A model generated the notes under the pieces. The model did no database searches. It was not told the DNA's origin and saw nothing but the letters and a program-made list of their open reading frames with translations. A stretch of 63,789 nt of DNA, counting the filler, from Octopus bimaculoides (taxonomy: Eukaryota): NCBI RefSeq assembly GCF_001194135.2. It is 6 parts of 6 records of this genome, joined end to end, with 100 filler letters (N's around TTAATTAATTAA, not from the genome) between each part and the next. Parts side by side here need not be neighbours in the genome. Positions count along the whole stretch, not along the records: positions 36,377 to 58,714 come from NC_068995.1; 5 more parts are not named here. One strand, written 5' to 3'. The translations under genes were made by a program, and so were the position numbers. Of the stretch, positions 36,378-48,022 are shown one piece after another (the first letter of the stretch is position 1; every line of letters starts with the position of its first letter).

Positions 36378-36600
36378 ATATATATATATATATATTTTCC
36401 AAAACACTTTCGTCGTTTTGAGACAGCGACAGGTTCACTGACAAAATACATAGTGTAATTAAGATTCCGTTGAATTAGGCACTTAACTTGAGGCACTTTG
36501 CTAGGTCGGTATAATACGCACGCCCAAACATTATTAATGGAATATTGAATATCAGGACTCCGTGCAAGGGTTTTTATTCCTGTCGTGCGTGCAGACAAGG
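36378..36600 (-). pseudogene. Tc1-like transposase C-terminal fragment
   Basis: Minus-strand ORF …LARSPDIQYSINNVW… (cf. WPARSPDLNPIENVW). Confidence 0.4.
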
Positions 36601-38149
36601 TAACCTAGCTAAGTGAAGATATCTGCTCGTGGTAATTCAGGCATGTACTCTTCATAAAGGTATTTAAAAACACACGTATCTTATGATTTTATGTCATCAT
36701 TGTATACTCGAATAGAATTCTTACTTCATTTGAGATTTATTATTTGAATTATTTTAATATATACATGTGTTTATTGATCCTAAAAGTACACGAATGGAGT
36801 ATCCCGTCCAAAGACGTCTTATAAATCACTGGAAGCATGATTTCGTTTATTTGGATGTAGATCACTGGAAACCGAAGATTTTATCTTTTACTAAAAAATT
36901 TACACACACACATACACACACACACACAACACACACACACACAAACACGCACACACACACGCACACACACACACACATATGCTGTGATTTGTGTTTGCTT
37001 TGTTTCTTTTCTCAAACACCCACGACCACTTGGAAGCCGGTGTAGGCTTGTTTGTGACCAGAAACCTATGGGTTCGGCAAAAGGAAACGACAAAATAATT
37101 TTTAGGCTAGGGAAAATAGTAACCGCACAGTATAAGATTTACGTTCCTGATGCGAACTGTGTGCTACTTCTCATAATTTAATATAGACTTTCAAGAGTTT
37201 ACGGACTAATACAATTATACCCAGCCGAAATACAACATTACATATTATATATACTAGTTACACCAGTGGAAAACGATTGGAATCCATGTTGTACATGAAA
37301 TATTTTCAGGATTACCTATTTGTCTATTAATTTGCATGAATTAATGCAAATATTTCACGCCAAATGTCTTTATTTTCCATAGCAGTCTTCATACCCTCAA
37401 CCGGATATCCACTGATTTCAACAAGTTTATCTATATATGTTTGTATTGGAACACCGATAACTATATGTCCAAGCATAAGTTTCCATTGTAGGAGATCCCT
37501 GAATATTTCATCCTCATTTTCCCAGCAACGATAGGCATAACGTGCTCTTTCTTTGATTACGAGGGTGATAGTAGGAATAATGATTGACAGTCGCTGTTTT
37601 GTAGGAATTTCAAGCCAAGAAATATTGAGATTACTCCTAAGAAATGTAACATATTGTTTCTCTAATTACGAAAAGCAAGTAATTATTGACGTATATATAA
37701 TCAGGAAATCTTGTCTATTTCTAACAGATAGATGAAACTGAAGAAGAATATAATTACTGTATAACATAATCATTTTATAAACGTAATTGTGTTTTCGCAA
37801 CGTTAATCAAATAAATTGCTCACTGTATAATTTAATAAATAATCCCATACACACGCACAGAGATATATGTGTTTATATATATAAATATATATANNNNNNN
37901 NNNNNNNNNNNNNNNNNNNNNNNNNNNNNNNNNNNNNNNNNNNNNNNNNNNNNNNNNNNNNNNNNNNNNNNNNNNNNNNNNNNNNNNNNNNNNNNNNNNN
38001 NNNNNNNNNNNNNNNNNNNNNNNNNNNNNNNNNNNNNNNNNNNNNNNNNNNNNNNNNNNNNNNNNNNNNNNNNNNNNNNNNNNNNNNNNNNNNNNNNNNN
38101 NNNNNNNNNNNNNNNNNNNNNNNNNNNNNNNNNNNNNNNNNNNNNNNNN

Positions 38150-38191
<42 letters not shown>

Positions 38192-38886
38192 AGACACATA
38201 TACATATATTGTGTGCGCACGCGCCCGTGTAAGCTTGTATGTTTGTTTGGAAGCGTGTGTGTGCGCGCGTGATGATTGTTTATTAAGTTTTGCATCGATT
38301 CATTAAATATTGAGAAACCAAATTAATTTCACTACATTATAGTCTACTCGTATGAGGTAATATTTAGTGTTTGTATTTCGGGTGGATTGGGTTACAGTGA
38401 TAAAGTGATGAAGGAGGGGGATGTGGAGGAAGAGAAGAACTAGATTATGTTAAAAATAAGAAAACTGTGAAGAGAGGGATAAATAAGAATGTTTGCATGA
38501 AAACATTATCTTATCACTATAATCGTTTTAACGCTTCTCACCTGTGGCTCGATATTTAGCTGGTGTAAAATACAGGTGATTGTTTCTTTAAGATAGAGAC
38601 TATCTACTACCAAAGACATAAACACAGATTTGCCCACTCGCACACCCACCCAGTATACAACATTTGCAATAACCTAAATATGATTGTGTTTCTAAACTCG
38701 GGTTTTACCCTTGGAGGGTTGTTTGTTGGATTTGTAGCCAGTAAAGAAATCTCATACTTTGAAATTTGTTTCTAATGAGACGCATTTATAAATAATCAAA
38801 GCACGGATTACAGATTCCAATATACGGAGAGGGAAATTTTATTACTTTTGTATAAAGCAGCGAGTTGGTGGCACTGTCAACACGCC

Positions 38887-39555
38887 TTGAAGGTATCCTA
38901 CACTAACTCTACTAATTTGGAGCACCATATGCACTGCATAAACAATAGTAAAATGCGACAACATTTCAATAACCCACCTGGTAGATATGTCAAACATACG
39001 TATATAAATACCAACGAAGGAGATGTAAATCGCAACAGAAAGCAACAAATATGGCCAAATTGGGATAGTACAAATGATTATGATATAGCTAACACGGTAA
39101 CATCGTCGGTAAATGAAGTCAGAACTGCCATATATATAAATAAATATAATAAATGCTCGTGCAGAGAGAAATCAAAATGCCCATTGATGAACCTCTGTAT
39201 GAGTACAAATCTTGTATATAAATGTACCGTGCACACAAGAGGAGGGCCGTATGCTTATATAGGACAAACGACTGATACATTTAAGAATCGTTATAGCAAC
39301 CATGTCGCAGCTTCAAGAGAATCAATAAGAGACATTCAAGATCTTTGGCCGATTTTGTGTGGCGACTTAAGGAAGACAGAATTAACTATAGCATAGTGAG
39401 GTACGCAAAACCATACAATATCATTTTCAGGAGATGCCAACTCTGCTCCGATGAATCCCTGTCAATTCTGTGAACCAATGAGAGGATCATTAATAGAATT
39501 TCTGAAAGACTCCCAATATGCCTACATGCATATAAATGCACTTTCGCAGAATGCA
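38887..39555 (+). pseudogene. Penelope-like (Neptune-type) GIY-YIG endonuclease, one frameshift and one stop
   Basis: LKVSY…KCSCREKSKCPLMNLCMSTNLVYKCTV…YIGQTTDTFKNRYSNH, then frameshift to RSLADFVWRLKED.INYSI..AKPYN…CQLCSDE..SIL*…INRISE..PICLHAYK. Confidence 0.88.
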
Positions 39556-39949
39556 GTGGGAAGGAATTTGAGTAATTATTAGCATAATTTACTTTAAAAT
39601 ATGAATAAATTAATTTAGCTTTAACCTCCACATACTTATAGTAGCTATTCAAATCGCTATGTCTGCATATGTGCAACAAACAACACGTGTGTGTATTCTT
39701 ACAGCTTCGACGGTGCTTGTATGAGCGAATGCAAAGGCGCCATGCACCTCACACAAGGGTGTTTGTACATCCATATCTATTAACGGTTATTTTCAATATT
39801 TTCCTCGCTATATTGCGTGTTCGTTTGTTTTTTGAATCTCATATTTTATTTTTCATCTTCTATATAAATGCTCATGTTTTGTTACTTTTCTTTACACGAA
39901 ATGAGAAGATACATTGCGGAAACGTTATTTTAACGACTTATATCTATTT

Positions 39950-40062
39950 ATCACTCGAAGAGACATGCCAGCACAGTCAGCTGCTCCTGAGGCGGTTGTT
40001 GAATATCCTACCCGTGAGGGATCAATGCTAGATATGTCGAAACGATTGTCGTGATTAATAAA
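39950..40062 (+). ncRNA. Type I hammerhead motif downstream of the Neptune EN (core CU>UC)
   Basis: ATCAC-TCGAAGA-GACAT…ATGTC-GAAA-C-GATT-GTC-GTGAT-TAATAAA. Stems I and II are both 5 bp; GUC cleavage triplet; poly(A) signal follows. Confidence 0.65.
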
Positions 40063-41171
40063 AATGTTCGTATCTTCAAGTCTTTCATTTACCATATATA
40101 TATAAATTAATAGTTATCGCCAAGCCAACATGGCAGTCCCAAAATTAGGACGAAAGCTGCCGTGAATTAGCTCCAAGAAGCCATCGCCTCTAGCTAGCTA
40201 TGTGACACACGAAACCTGTGTCCTTTATAACCTTAGAACAGGGGAGGTCAGCAGTGTCCCCCTGCTGGTTTGNNNNNNNNNNNNNNNNNNNNNNNNNNNN
40301 NNNNNNNNNNNNNNNNNNNNNNNNNNNNNNNNNNNNNNNNNNNNNNNNNNNNNNNNNNNNNNNNNNNNNNNNNNNNNNNNNNNNNNNNNNNNNNNNNNNN
40401 NNNNNNNNNNNNNNNNNNNNNNNNNNNNNNNNNNNNNNNNNNNNNNNNNNNNNNNNNNNNNNNNNNNNNNNNNNNNNNNNNNNNNNNNNNNNNNNNNNNN
40501 NNNNNNNNNNNNNNNNNNNNNNNNNNNNNNNNNNNNNNNNNNNNNNNNNNNNNNNNNNNNNNNNNNNNNNNNNNNNNNNNNNNNNNNNNNNNNNNNNNNN
40601 NNNNNNNNNNNNNNNNNNNNNNNNNNNNNNNNNNNNNNNNNNNNNNNNNNNNNNNNNNNNNNNNNNNNNNNNNNNNNNNNNNNNNNNNNNNNNNNNNNNN
40701 NNNNNNNNNNNNNNNNNNNNNNNNNNNNNNNNNNNNNNNNNNNNNNNNNNNNNNNNNNNNNNNNNNNNNNNNNNNNNNNNNNNNNNNNNNNNNNNNNNNN
40801 NNNNNNNNNNNNNNNNNNNNNNNNNNNNNNNNNNNNNNNNNNNNNNNNNNNNNNNNNNNNNNNNNNNNNNNNNNNNNNNNNNNNNNNNNNNNNNNNNNNN
40901 NNNNNNNNNNNNNNNNNNNNNNNNNNNNNNNNNNNNNNNNNNNNNNNNNNNNNNNNNNNNNNNNNNNNNNNNNNNNNNNNNNNNNNNNNNNNNNNNNNNN
41001 NNNNNNNNNNNNNNNNNNNNNNNNNNNNNNNNNNNNNNNNNNNNNNNNNNNNNNNNNNNNNNNNNNNNNNNNNNATATATATGTATATGTATATATACGT
41101 TTGTATGTGTGTATGTATGTGCGTGTATGTATGTGTGTTTATGTACGTGTAGCTTTGTTTTCATGTTCACC

Positions 41172-41360
41172 CCATCACCCCATGCCAACTGGTGTTAGTT
41201 TGTTTACGTCCCCGTAATTTAGCAGTTTGACAAGAGTGCTGGATAAATCAAGGACCAGGTTTTAAAATAAAATGAGTACTGGGGTCGATTTGTTCTATTA
41301 AAACCTTCAATGTAGTACCACATTATGGCTGCCGCTTAATGAATGAAACAAGTAATATTA
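41172..41360 (+). mobile_element. SINE family A 3' half (diverged; 5' half probably in the gap)
   Basis: CTGGTGTTAGTTTGTTTACGTCCCGTAATTTAGC…GTACTGGGGTCGATTTG…AATGAAACAAGTAA. Confidence 0.7.
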
Positions 41361-41726
41361 TAAAAGAATAATAGAATTAAAGAATAAAAGAATGAATATG
41401 AGGTATTATAACTGTAAAGGTCATTCGCTTCAGCAGTAAATAGAGCATCATAAATAATAGAATCAATGATAGGACTTATGCAGCGGGACTATAGTGATGT
41501 GTGTAGTTTTAGCCTTTGATGCTTAAACGAATACGAGCGAAATTGTACTGGGTTTAACTTAACTTTTCCTTGAATTTAAAAGTAAAATAAATTTCAAGAA
41601 ATCATTAGGTTAACAAATTTATCACACGTCGCCATTGTTTAAATATTCACATTGAGTTGCAGAAGGTTTACAAGATTTCTCTCAATTTCTCTCAAATAAT
41701 GTAGCATTCATTGTTAGCATAAATAT

Positions 41727-42110
41727 TAGGCACAGATGTGTGGTAAGGAGGCTGCTTCCCAACCATGTGATTCCGGTTTCAGTCCCACAGCTTGGAACCT
41801 TAAGCAATTCTCTTCAACTATAGCCTGGGGCCGACCAAAGCCTTGTGTGTGGATTTGGTAGACAGACTCTGAAAAAAGACCGTCGCATATATGTATATCA
41901 TTCGCTTCAGCAGTAAATATGTGTGTTTCTATGGCTGTGCTTGTTCCCCATCACCACCACTTGGCAACTAGTGTTGGTGTGTTTGCATCTCCGCGACTTA
42001 GTGGTTGGTAAAAGAGACTGATGGAATAAGTACCGTGGTCGATTCATTCGATTCAAAGATTCAAGACGATGGCCGGGGTTTAATGACTGAAACAAAGTAC
42101 GAAAGATAAA
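41727..42110 (+). mobile_element. SINE family A (diverged)
   Basis: AGGCACAGATGTGTGGTAAGG…CTATAGCCTGGGGCCGACCAAAGCCTTGTGTGTGGATTTGGTAGAC…AATGACTGAAACAAAG. Confidence 0.85.
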
Positions 42111-42579
42111 TATATTACAATACGATTCTCTTGAGTTTGGAATCAAAACTTTCCATCACAATTTCCTTTAAAGAAAGAAAGTTTTCTTGATGTCAAAAGA
42201 GATCTGCTGCCAGATGATTTAAGACTAAACAACTGCTAGCAGACAAAATCCTTTATTATAGTTAGTAAGTTTGCACGCATAACGTATGCTTCTCAAGTAC
42301 TTATCTGTACAGACAGTGCTTAAATCATGGGTAATATGCATACTAAAACATTTTCCAACTTTAACATTGTTTGATTTAAAGATAACATAGAAAAAATATA
42401 GAATGCTAAACCTAAACTCATAAAGATAAAAACTCATGGGATACTGACTGGTGATGCCAGTCAGAAGACCAAATTATTCAATATCAAGTGTAAACTAAGT
42501 CAGCAACTTCCAGTTACTTCTTTCCTTTTCCTGTCACTGTCTCAACCCTTCCCTACCACCTCTCTCTCTTAGTCATTCT

Positions 42580-42678
<99 letters not shown>

Positions 42679-43670
42679 TGTGTGTGTGTTTATGTGTGTG
42701 TATGCACAAGTACAGAGTATCATTTTTATTTAACTTCCGTATCCACTACATACTTATTTCTTGATAATCTCATATGCAGAAGCATAGATGCATGCATGCA
42801 TACATACGTACAAATACACATGCATGCATACGTACATACATGTATGCATATATACACAGATATATATACATATAGGCATACATACGTAATTACATGTATG
42901 GTTTATGATGGTAAACATGAAGTGACAAGGCTCTTATGTCGACTATTCTCTTGGGACGGAAGCTGGAAATAGGAAACCAAATTCCCCAATATTGACAGGA
43001 GATAGTGACTTTTGAAGAAAAACAAATAAAATAGAAAACCCTTGCCGATAAGCATTACTTTTTCTTAAGATGATGGAAATTGAACAATTTTAAACATTAT
43101 CTGAAACTTTGATCTTATTTTTAGTACATCATTTTATCCGTTGACTGATTTTGAAAGGAATGTCAGGTACAGAGTGGTGCAGTAAGATTAACTGCAACGT
43201 ATACATGATAAATATAATTTTACAGTCCACCTAGGTCACATATGTATTCGTTTACTATAACCATGTACGTGGTCACAGCGCTGGACGTAATTACATACGT
43301 TCTGTCCTGTCAGACATTAGAAAATGGAACTTAAGAAATAAAAATAAATTATCGCAGCAGCAGTAGGAGTGCCTTCAACAACAACAGCAACAATGTTACA
43401 ACATTACAAAATTTTTCACCGTCTTCTCCTCTGGATCATTGTCATGGAAATCATAATCAGGTTCATGATCTGATTATCTACCCTTTCCCCTACTCCTCTT
43501 CCTCGGTGCTGTTGGTCTTCTTCTTCTTCTTCTTCTTTTTCTTCTTCTTCTTCTTCTTCTTCTTCTTCTTCTTCTTCTTCTTCTTTATCATGATACTGAA
43601 CACATGAAATAAGTTACACCTCTCTCTGTCCCGCTCTCTATCTCTAAATTCCCCCTCTCTTTCCGTCTAT

Positions 43671-43730
43671 CTGTGGTTACCTACCTAGGGTCAGCGGACC
43701 CCTGGTGGTCTGCAAACGTAGTTCTGGGGA
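43671..43730 (+). mobile_element. hAT (Charlie-like) MITE terminus, truncated by a gap
   Basis: CTGTGGTTACCTACCTAGGGTCAGCGGACCCCTGGTGGTCTGC resembles CAGTGGTTCCCAACCTGGGGTCC…GACCCCTGGGGGTCC. Confidence 0.45.
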
Positions 43731-44041
43731 NNNNNNNNNNNNNNNNNNNNNNNNNNNNNNNNNNNNNNNNNNNNNNNNNNNNNNNNNNNNNNNNNNNNNN
43801 NNNNNNNNNNNNNNNNNNNNNNNNNNNNNNNNNNNNNNNNNNNNNNNNNNNNNNNNNNNNNNNNNNNNNNNNNNNNNNNNNNNNNNNNNNNNNNNNNNNN
43901 NNNNNNNNNNNNNNNNNNNNNNNNNNNATATATATATATATATAACGATAGGCATATTAAAAGGATAATACGCTTCTATATTTAAGAGATGAAGAATTAT
44001 GTACATTATTTACATTTGACGGATATTTGTCCTCATCTTGT

Positions 44042-44083
<42 letters not shown>

Positions 44084-44594
44084 TTAATTATTATTATTAT
44101 TATTATTCAGGTCACTGCTTGGAATCGAACTCGGAATCTTGGTGTTAGTATTGTATTACTTTTGAAATACAATACTTAGCAAATATCTCCTTCGAGTAAA
44201 ACCACCAATAGAAGGGAATATGAACAAAAACTAAGTGTACTCCATCCCACGCAGCTGTGGTAGGTTATACAAAGGCGAAATATTGCGTCCTCTCAAAATA
44301 AGGGTAGACGAACATCGCAAAGCTGTCACGCGAGGAGAAATTTTATAAATCGGGTATAGCTGATCATGTATGGAAAGATGGAGATCACCTTCCCCTGTAG
44401 GATGAAGTTAAAATAATAGACAGAGAACACCACTAGAAAATACGAAAACTAAAAGAAGCAGCATATGTGCTAGGACACAACAACCTCCTAAGCAGATCGA
44501 TTGCAGATATTAATAGTCTATGGGAACCGGTATTAAGGAAGGATAGGAAAATATTAGATTTATAAGCCCTAAAATTCTTTCCATAGTTTCCCAC

Positions 44595-44668
44595 GGGCAT
44601 ATAGCGTAACGGTAAAGAACGCGGGCTACTAACCTCAAGATTCCGAGTTCCATTTCAGGCAGTGACCT
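44595..44668 (+). promoter_or_regulatory. tRNA-like Pol III module inside the Penelope pLTR (not a functional tRNA)
   Basis: A-box TAGCGTAACGG (44602-44612) fits TRGCNNARYGG. An anticodon-like arm GGG-CTACTAA-CC is present. The B-box is intact as GTTCGATTCC in the inverted copy (44121-44130, minus). Confidence 0.7.
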
Positions 44669-44741
44669 GAATAATAATAACAATAATAATAACATGGAAA
44701 AATACCTTAAGAATGAAAACTCAGGTTCGATATTTTCACAA

Positions 44742-44792
44742 GGCACCTAATGAAGGCTGGACTGGAGAGTATATCAGCCGAAACGTTGTGTT
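44742..44792 (+). ncRNA. Minimal type I hammerhead (G5>A in this copy)
   Basis: GGCAC-CTAATGA-A-GGCTG…CAGCC-GAAA-CGTT-GTGTT. Stems are intact; the paralogue at 32757 has the intact CTGAAGA core. Confidence 0.75.
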
Positions 44793-45518
44793 AACAACAA
44801 ACAAGATGAGGACAAATATCCGTCAAATACAAATTATGTAAATTAAAAGGAGCCCGTGGGAATACTCATTGAAATAAAACAACTGGTGTATATATATANN
44901 NNNNNNNNNNNNNNNNNNNNNNNNNNNNNNNNNNNNNNNNNNNNNNNNNNNNNNNNNNNNNNNNNNNNNNNNNNNNNNNNNNNNNNNNNNNNNNNNNNNN
45001 NNNNNNNNNNNNNNNNNNNNNNNNNNNNNNNNNNNNNNNNNNNNNNNNNNNNNNNNNNNNNNNNNNNNNNNNNNNNNNNNNNNNNNNNNNNNNNNNNNNN
45101 NNNNNNNNNNNNNNNNNNNNNNNNNNNNNNNNNNNNNNNNNNNNNNNNNNNNNNNNNNNNNNNNNNNNNNNNNNNNNNNNNNNNNNNNNNNNNNNNNNNN
45201 NNNNNNNNNNNNNNNNNNNNNNNNNNNNNNNNNNNNNNNNNNNNNNNNNNNNNNNNNNNNNNNNNNNNNNNNNNNNNNNNNNNNNNNNNNNNNNNNNNNA
45301 CATAACTATCATTAAATCCTTAGAATCTCGTTAGATTTCATCTTTGTTATTATAGGGGAGATAACTCCTTAATTTTCTATTTTTATTGCTCTCCTGTGGA
45401 TTTCCACTAGAGAACGACCCTTAAGGAATCTAGTTAATGATCCCCTAAGGTAAGTTCTTATGCTATATTGGTAACGGTTGCTACATCCTCTGGAAAAAAA
45501 AAATATATATATATATAT

Positions 45519-45914
45519 TCTCTTTTAGTCTTTTACTTGTTTCAGTCAGTTGACTGCAGCCATGCTGGAGCACCGCCTGTAGCAAATCAACCCCGGAACA
45601 TATTCTTTGTATGCCTAGTGCTTATTCTATCGTGTATTCTGCCGAACCGCTAAGTTACGGAGGCGTAAACAAACCAATATCGGCTGTCAAGTGATAGTGG
45701 GCAGGGGCCAAACACAGTCGCACAAATACATACGTATTTATATATATACGACAAGTTTCTTTCAGTTTCCATCTAGCGAATCCACTCACAAGACCTTCGT
45801 CGGTCCGAGGCTGTAGTAGAAGACATTTGCACAAGATGTCACGCAGTGGGACTGAACCCAGAACCATGTGGTGGGAAAGCAAGCTTCTTACCACAGACCT
45901 ACTTCTGCACCTAC
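45519..45914 (-). mobile_element. Full-length SINE family A
   Basis: Reverse complement of head, body, microsatellite and tail are all present. Confidence 0.9.
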
Positions 45915-46074
45915 ACGCACGCACACACACGTATATATGCATGTATGTACGTATGAATCAATGTATGCATATATGTTTGTATATCTATCTATCTATCTAT
46001 CTATTTATCTACATACGCATACATATATCCATACACGCATATATAGATACATACATAACTACATACAATACACA

Positions 46075-46110
46075 TATGAGGGGTGAAACCAAAAGTAACC
46101 GGCTCACTTT
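46075..46110 (+). mobile_element. Possible mariner-type TIR (solo end)
   Basis: TA|TGAGGGGTGAAACCAAAAGTAACCGG resembles TACGAGGG…AAAAGTAA mariner termini. No partner found. Confidence 0.35.
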
Positions 46111-46442
46111 TCTATGGGATAAGGCCGTTAAAGTTCAAGTCACGTGATGCGCCCTCGGAAAAAATATTGCCAACCGACGACGACAGGTATTGCAAAATTC
46201 TACGAACAGGAGAAAGGCATTGCAAAACAAAGCCGCTCCCCCGACAATTCCAGTCGACAGACGTATACCTGAGGGTCGCATCACTTGGCTTCTAGAGGCA
46301 GAAGCCTGAATTATAACGCTTTTGTCCCACTGAGAACGTTTCCAGCTATTTGTGGGTACCCAATCGTATTTGTTTCATTTGCTAATAGGAGAAAAATGTA
46401 AGATATCTGCTATTACAAATTCTTAACACAGAGAATCAAATT

Positions 46443-46684
46443 GTATGTATGTATATTTATGATCCTTCCGCAAATCCAATGGGGGTCTTAAAAGACATGT
46501 TAGGATCCACAATGAGCAGAACTTACCTGCAGGTATTGGTAGTACAAATCAGAGGTGCAATCTGTGTGGGTGTTTTTTCAAAACATTGTCTGGTTTAAAA
46601 AGCCACATCAGACGCCATGAAAGGGCTAAGGTGTAGGTGCAGGAGGTGGTCAAACTCTGTGTAAGGAGTAGACAACCACCATAC

Positions 46685-46690
<6 letters not shown>
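46443..46690 (+). mobile_element. 3' end of an RTE-type LINE encoding C-terminal C2H2 zinc fingers
   Basis: 46463-46636 translates SFRKSNGGLKRHVRIHNEQNLPAGIGSTNQRCNLCGCFFKTLSGLKSHIRRHERAKV*. There is no TGEKP linker. A short 3'UTR follows, then a (CA)n(TA)n tail. Confidence 0.65.
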
Positions 46691-46752
<62 letters not shown>

Positions 46753-46974
46753 TATTTTATTTCAAAATATAATATGTTAGATACCGGGACATAACTGGAA
46801 TGTGTCCGTATGTTTAATGGAAGCTGACGTGAGTAAAACTGCAACTACAGCTACAAGAAAAACAGCTGCTATAAAACAATAGGAATATGAACAATAGCAG
46901 TTGATGTATAGAATACGTTATTCTTTGTAAATACGCTGGAATATATAGGCAGGCAGTATTGCTGAAATAAGGGG

Positions 46975-47053
<79 letters not shown>

Positions 47054-47825
47054 GGGCGAGAGAGAATTAGAAAGAAGTGGGGTATTGTTAAAGATAGCAA
47101 TTAACAACACCACAGACATCAATAACAACGTGAATATTGTCAATACTGAAAATTAACTTAAACGAAATTTACTTCCGTTGGCAAAGGAAGATAACCGAAA
47201 GTGTACACAGAAAGAAGAAAAACAGCTAGAAGGCTTCAGCTGTTCGCTTATGTGAAGAATATTTCAAGTAGCCTACATAAATGTATGGAGATATTAGTTT
47301 CTTTCTGCTAAACATGAATGCTTATATATTTCACCTGGCAGATACTGAGATATTGTAATAGTATTGTGTGTTCCATAGTAATTTTTTGAGGAACACGTAA
47401 AAAAAAATTGGAGTCAGTCTAGAAATGGGTATAATGTATGCTCCTCAATGTTTGAGATTAAACTTCGTAATATACCCAGTTCTCTTCAATAGACATCCAC
47501 GTGGGCGCCACAGTGAAGACGTCCAACCTCCGAGAAATAGTGACCAAATTTTCTTCATATCGGAATACAACCTAACCTTCTTAAAAGGGCGCATTGGAAA
47601 ATGAGATATCTAAGAAAGACATTAACAATAGAAAAACATAAAAATGCACTAAATGTAGAAGGATAGACTGTGTTATGATCGCAGGCCTGGTTCAACGGAA
47701 CTGATCTGAGTTTAAAAACAACAATAATGGATACGCCACATGTGTTCCTACATTGACAAAGGGACAAAGTTTTTGTGAAGTAAACTTCATTACCCTCAAT
47801 AAGTGCACAGCATTACGAATATACA

Positions 47826-48022
47826 GACCGGTGGATTGGCAGTGTCGTTAGGGCGTCTGAAAAAAATGCTTTCTGATATTAATTCCGGTTCATTTTATTC
47901 CGCATTTAAATCTCCCCAAAGTTAGCTTTGCTTTTCATTATTTAGTGTTTGTTATAATAAAATAACTCCACTGAACCCCTTTTTTCAAAATTGCTGCTCT
48001 TATGCCATAGTTAGAAACAATT
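47826..48022 (+). mobile_element. SINE family B, very diverged
   Basis: GACCGGTGGATTGGCAGTGTCGTTAGGGCGTCTGAAAAAAATGC…AAAGTTAGCTTTGCTTTTCAT. Confidence 0.5.

Larger units (their letters stand above)
44001..44845 (+). mobile_element. 5'-truncated Penelope-like element: inverted partial pLTR + GIY-YIG EN remnant + full pLTR (tRNA-like head, (AAT)n, HHR)
   Basis: EN: VYSIPRSCGRLYKGEILRPLKIRVDEHRKAV (from 44235), frameshift, KSGIADHVWKDGDHLPL*DEVKIIDREHH*KIRKLKEAAY. 44001-44150 is the reverse complement of pLTR pieces. Confidence 0.92.

Noticed and set aside
44595-44668. Functional tRNA gene (also considered for the SINE heads, e.g. 35458)
   Set aside because: Acceptor and T stems do not pair properly, and the sequences are embedded in repeats; these are tRNA-derived modules only.
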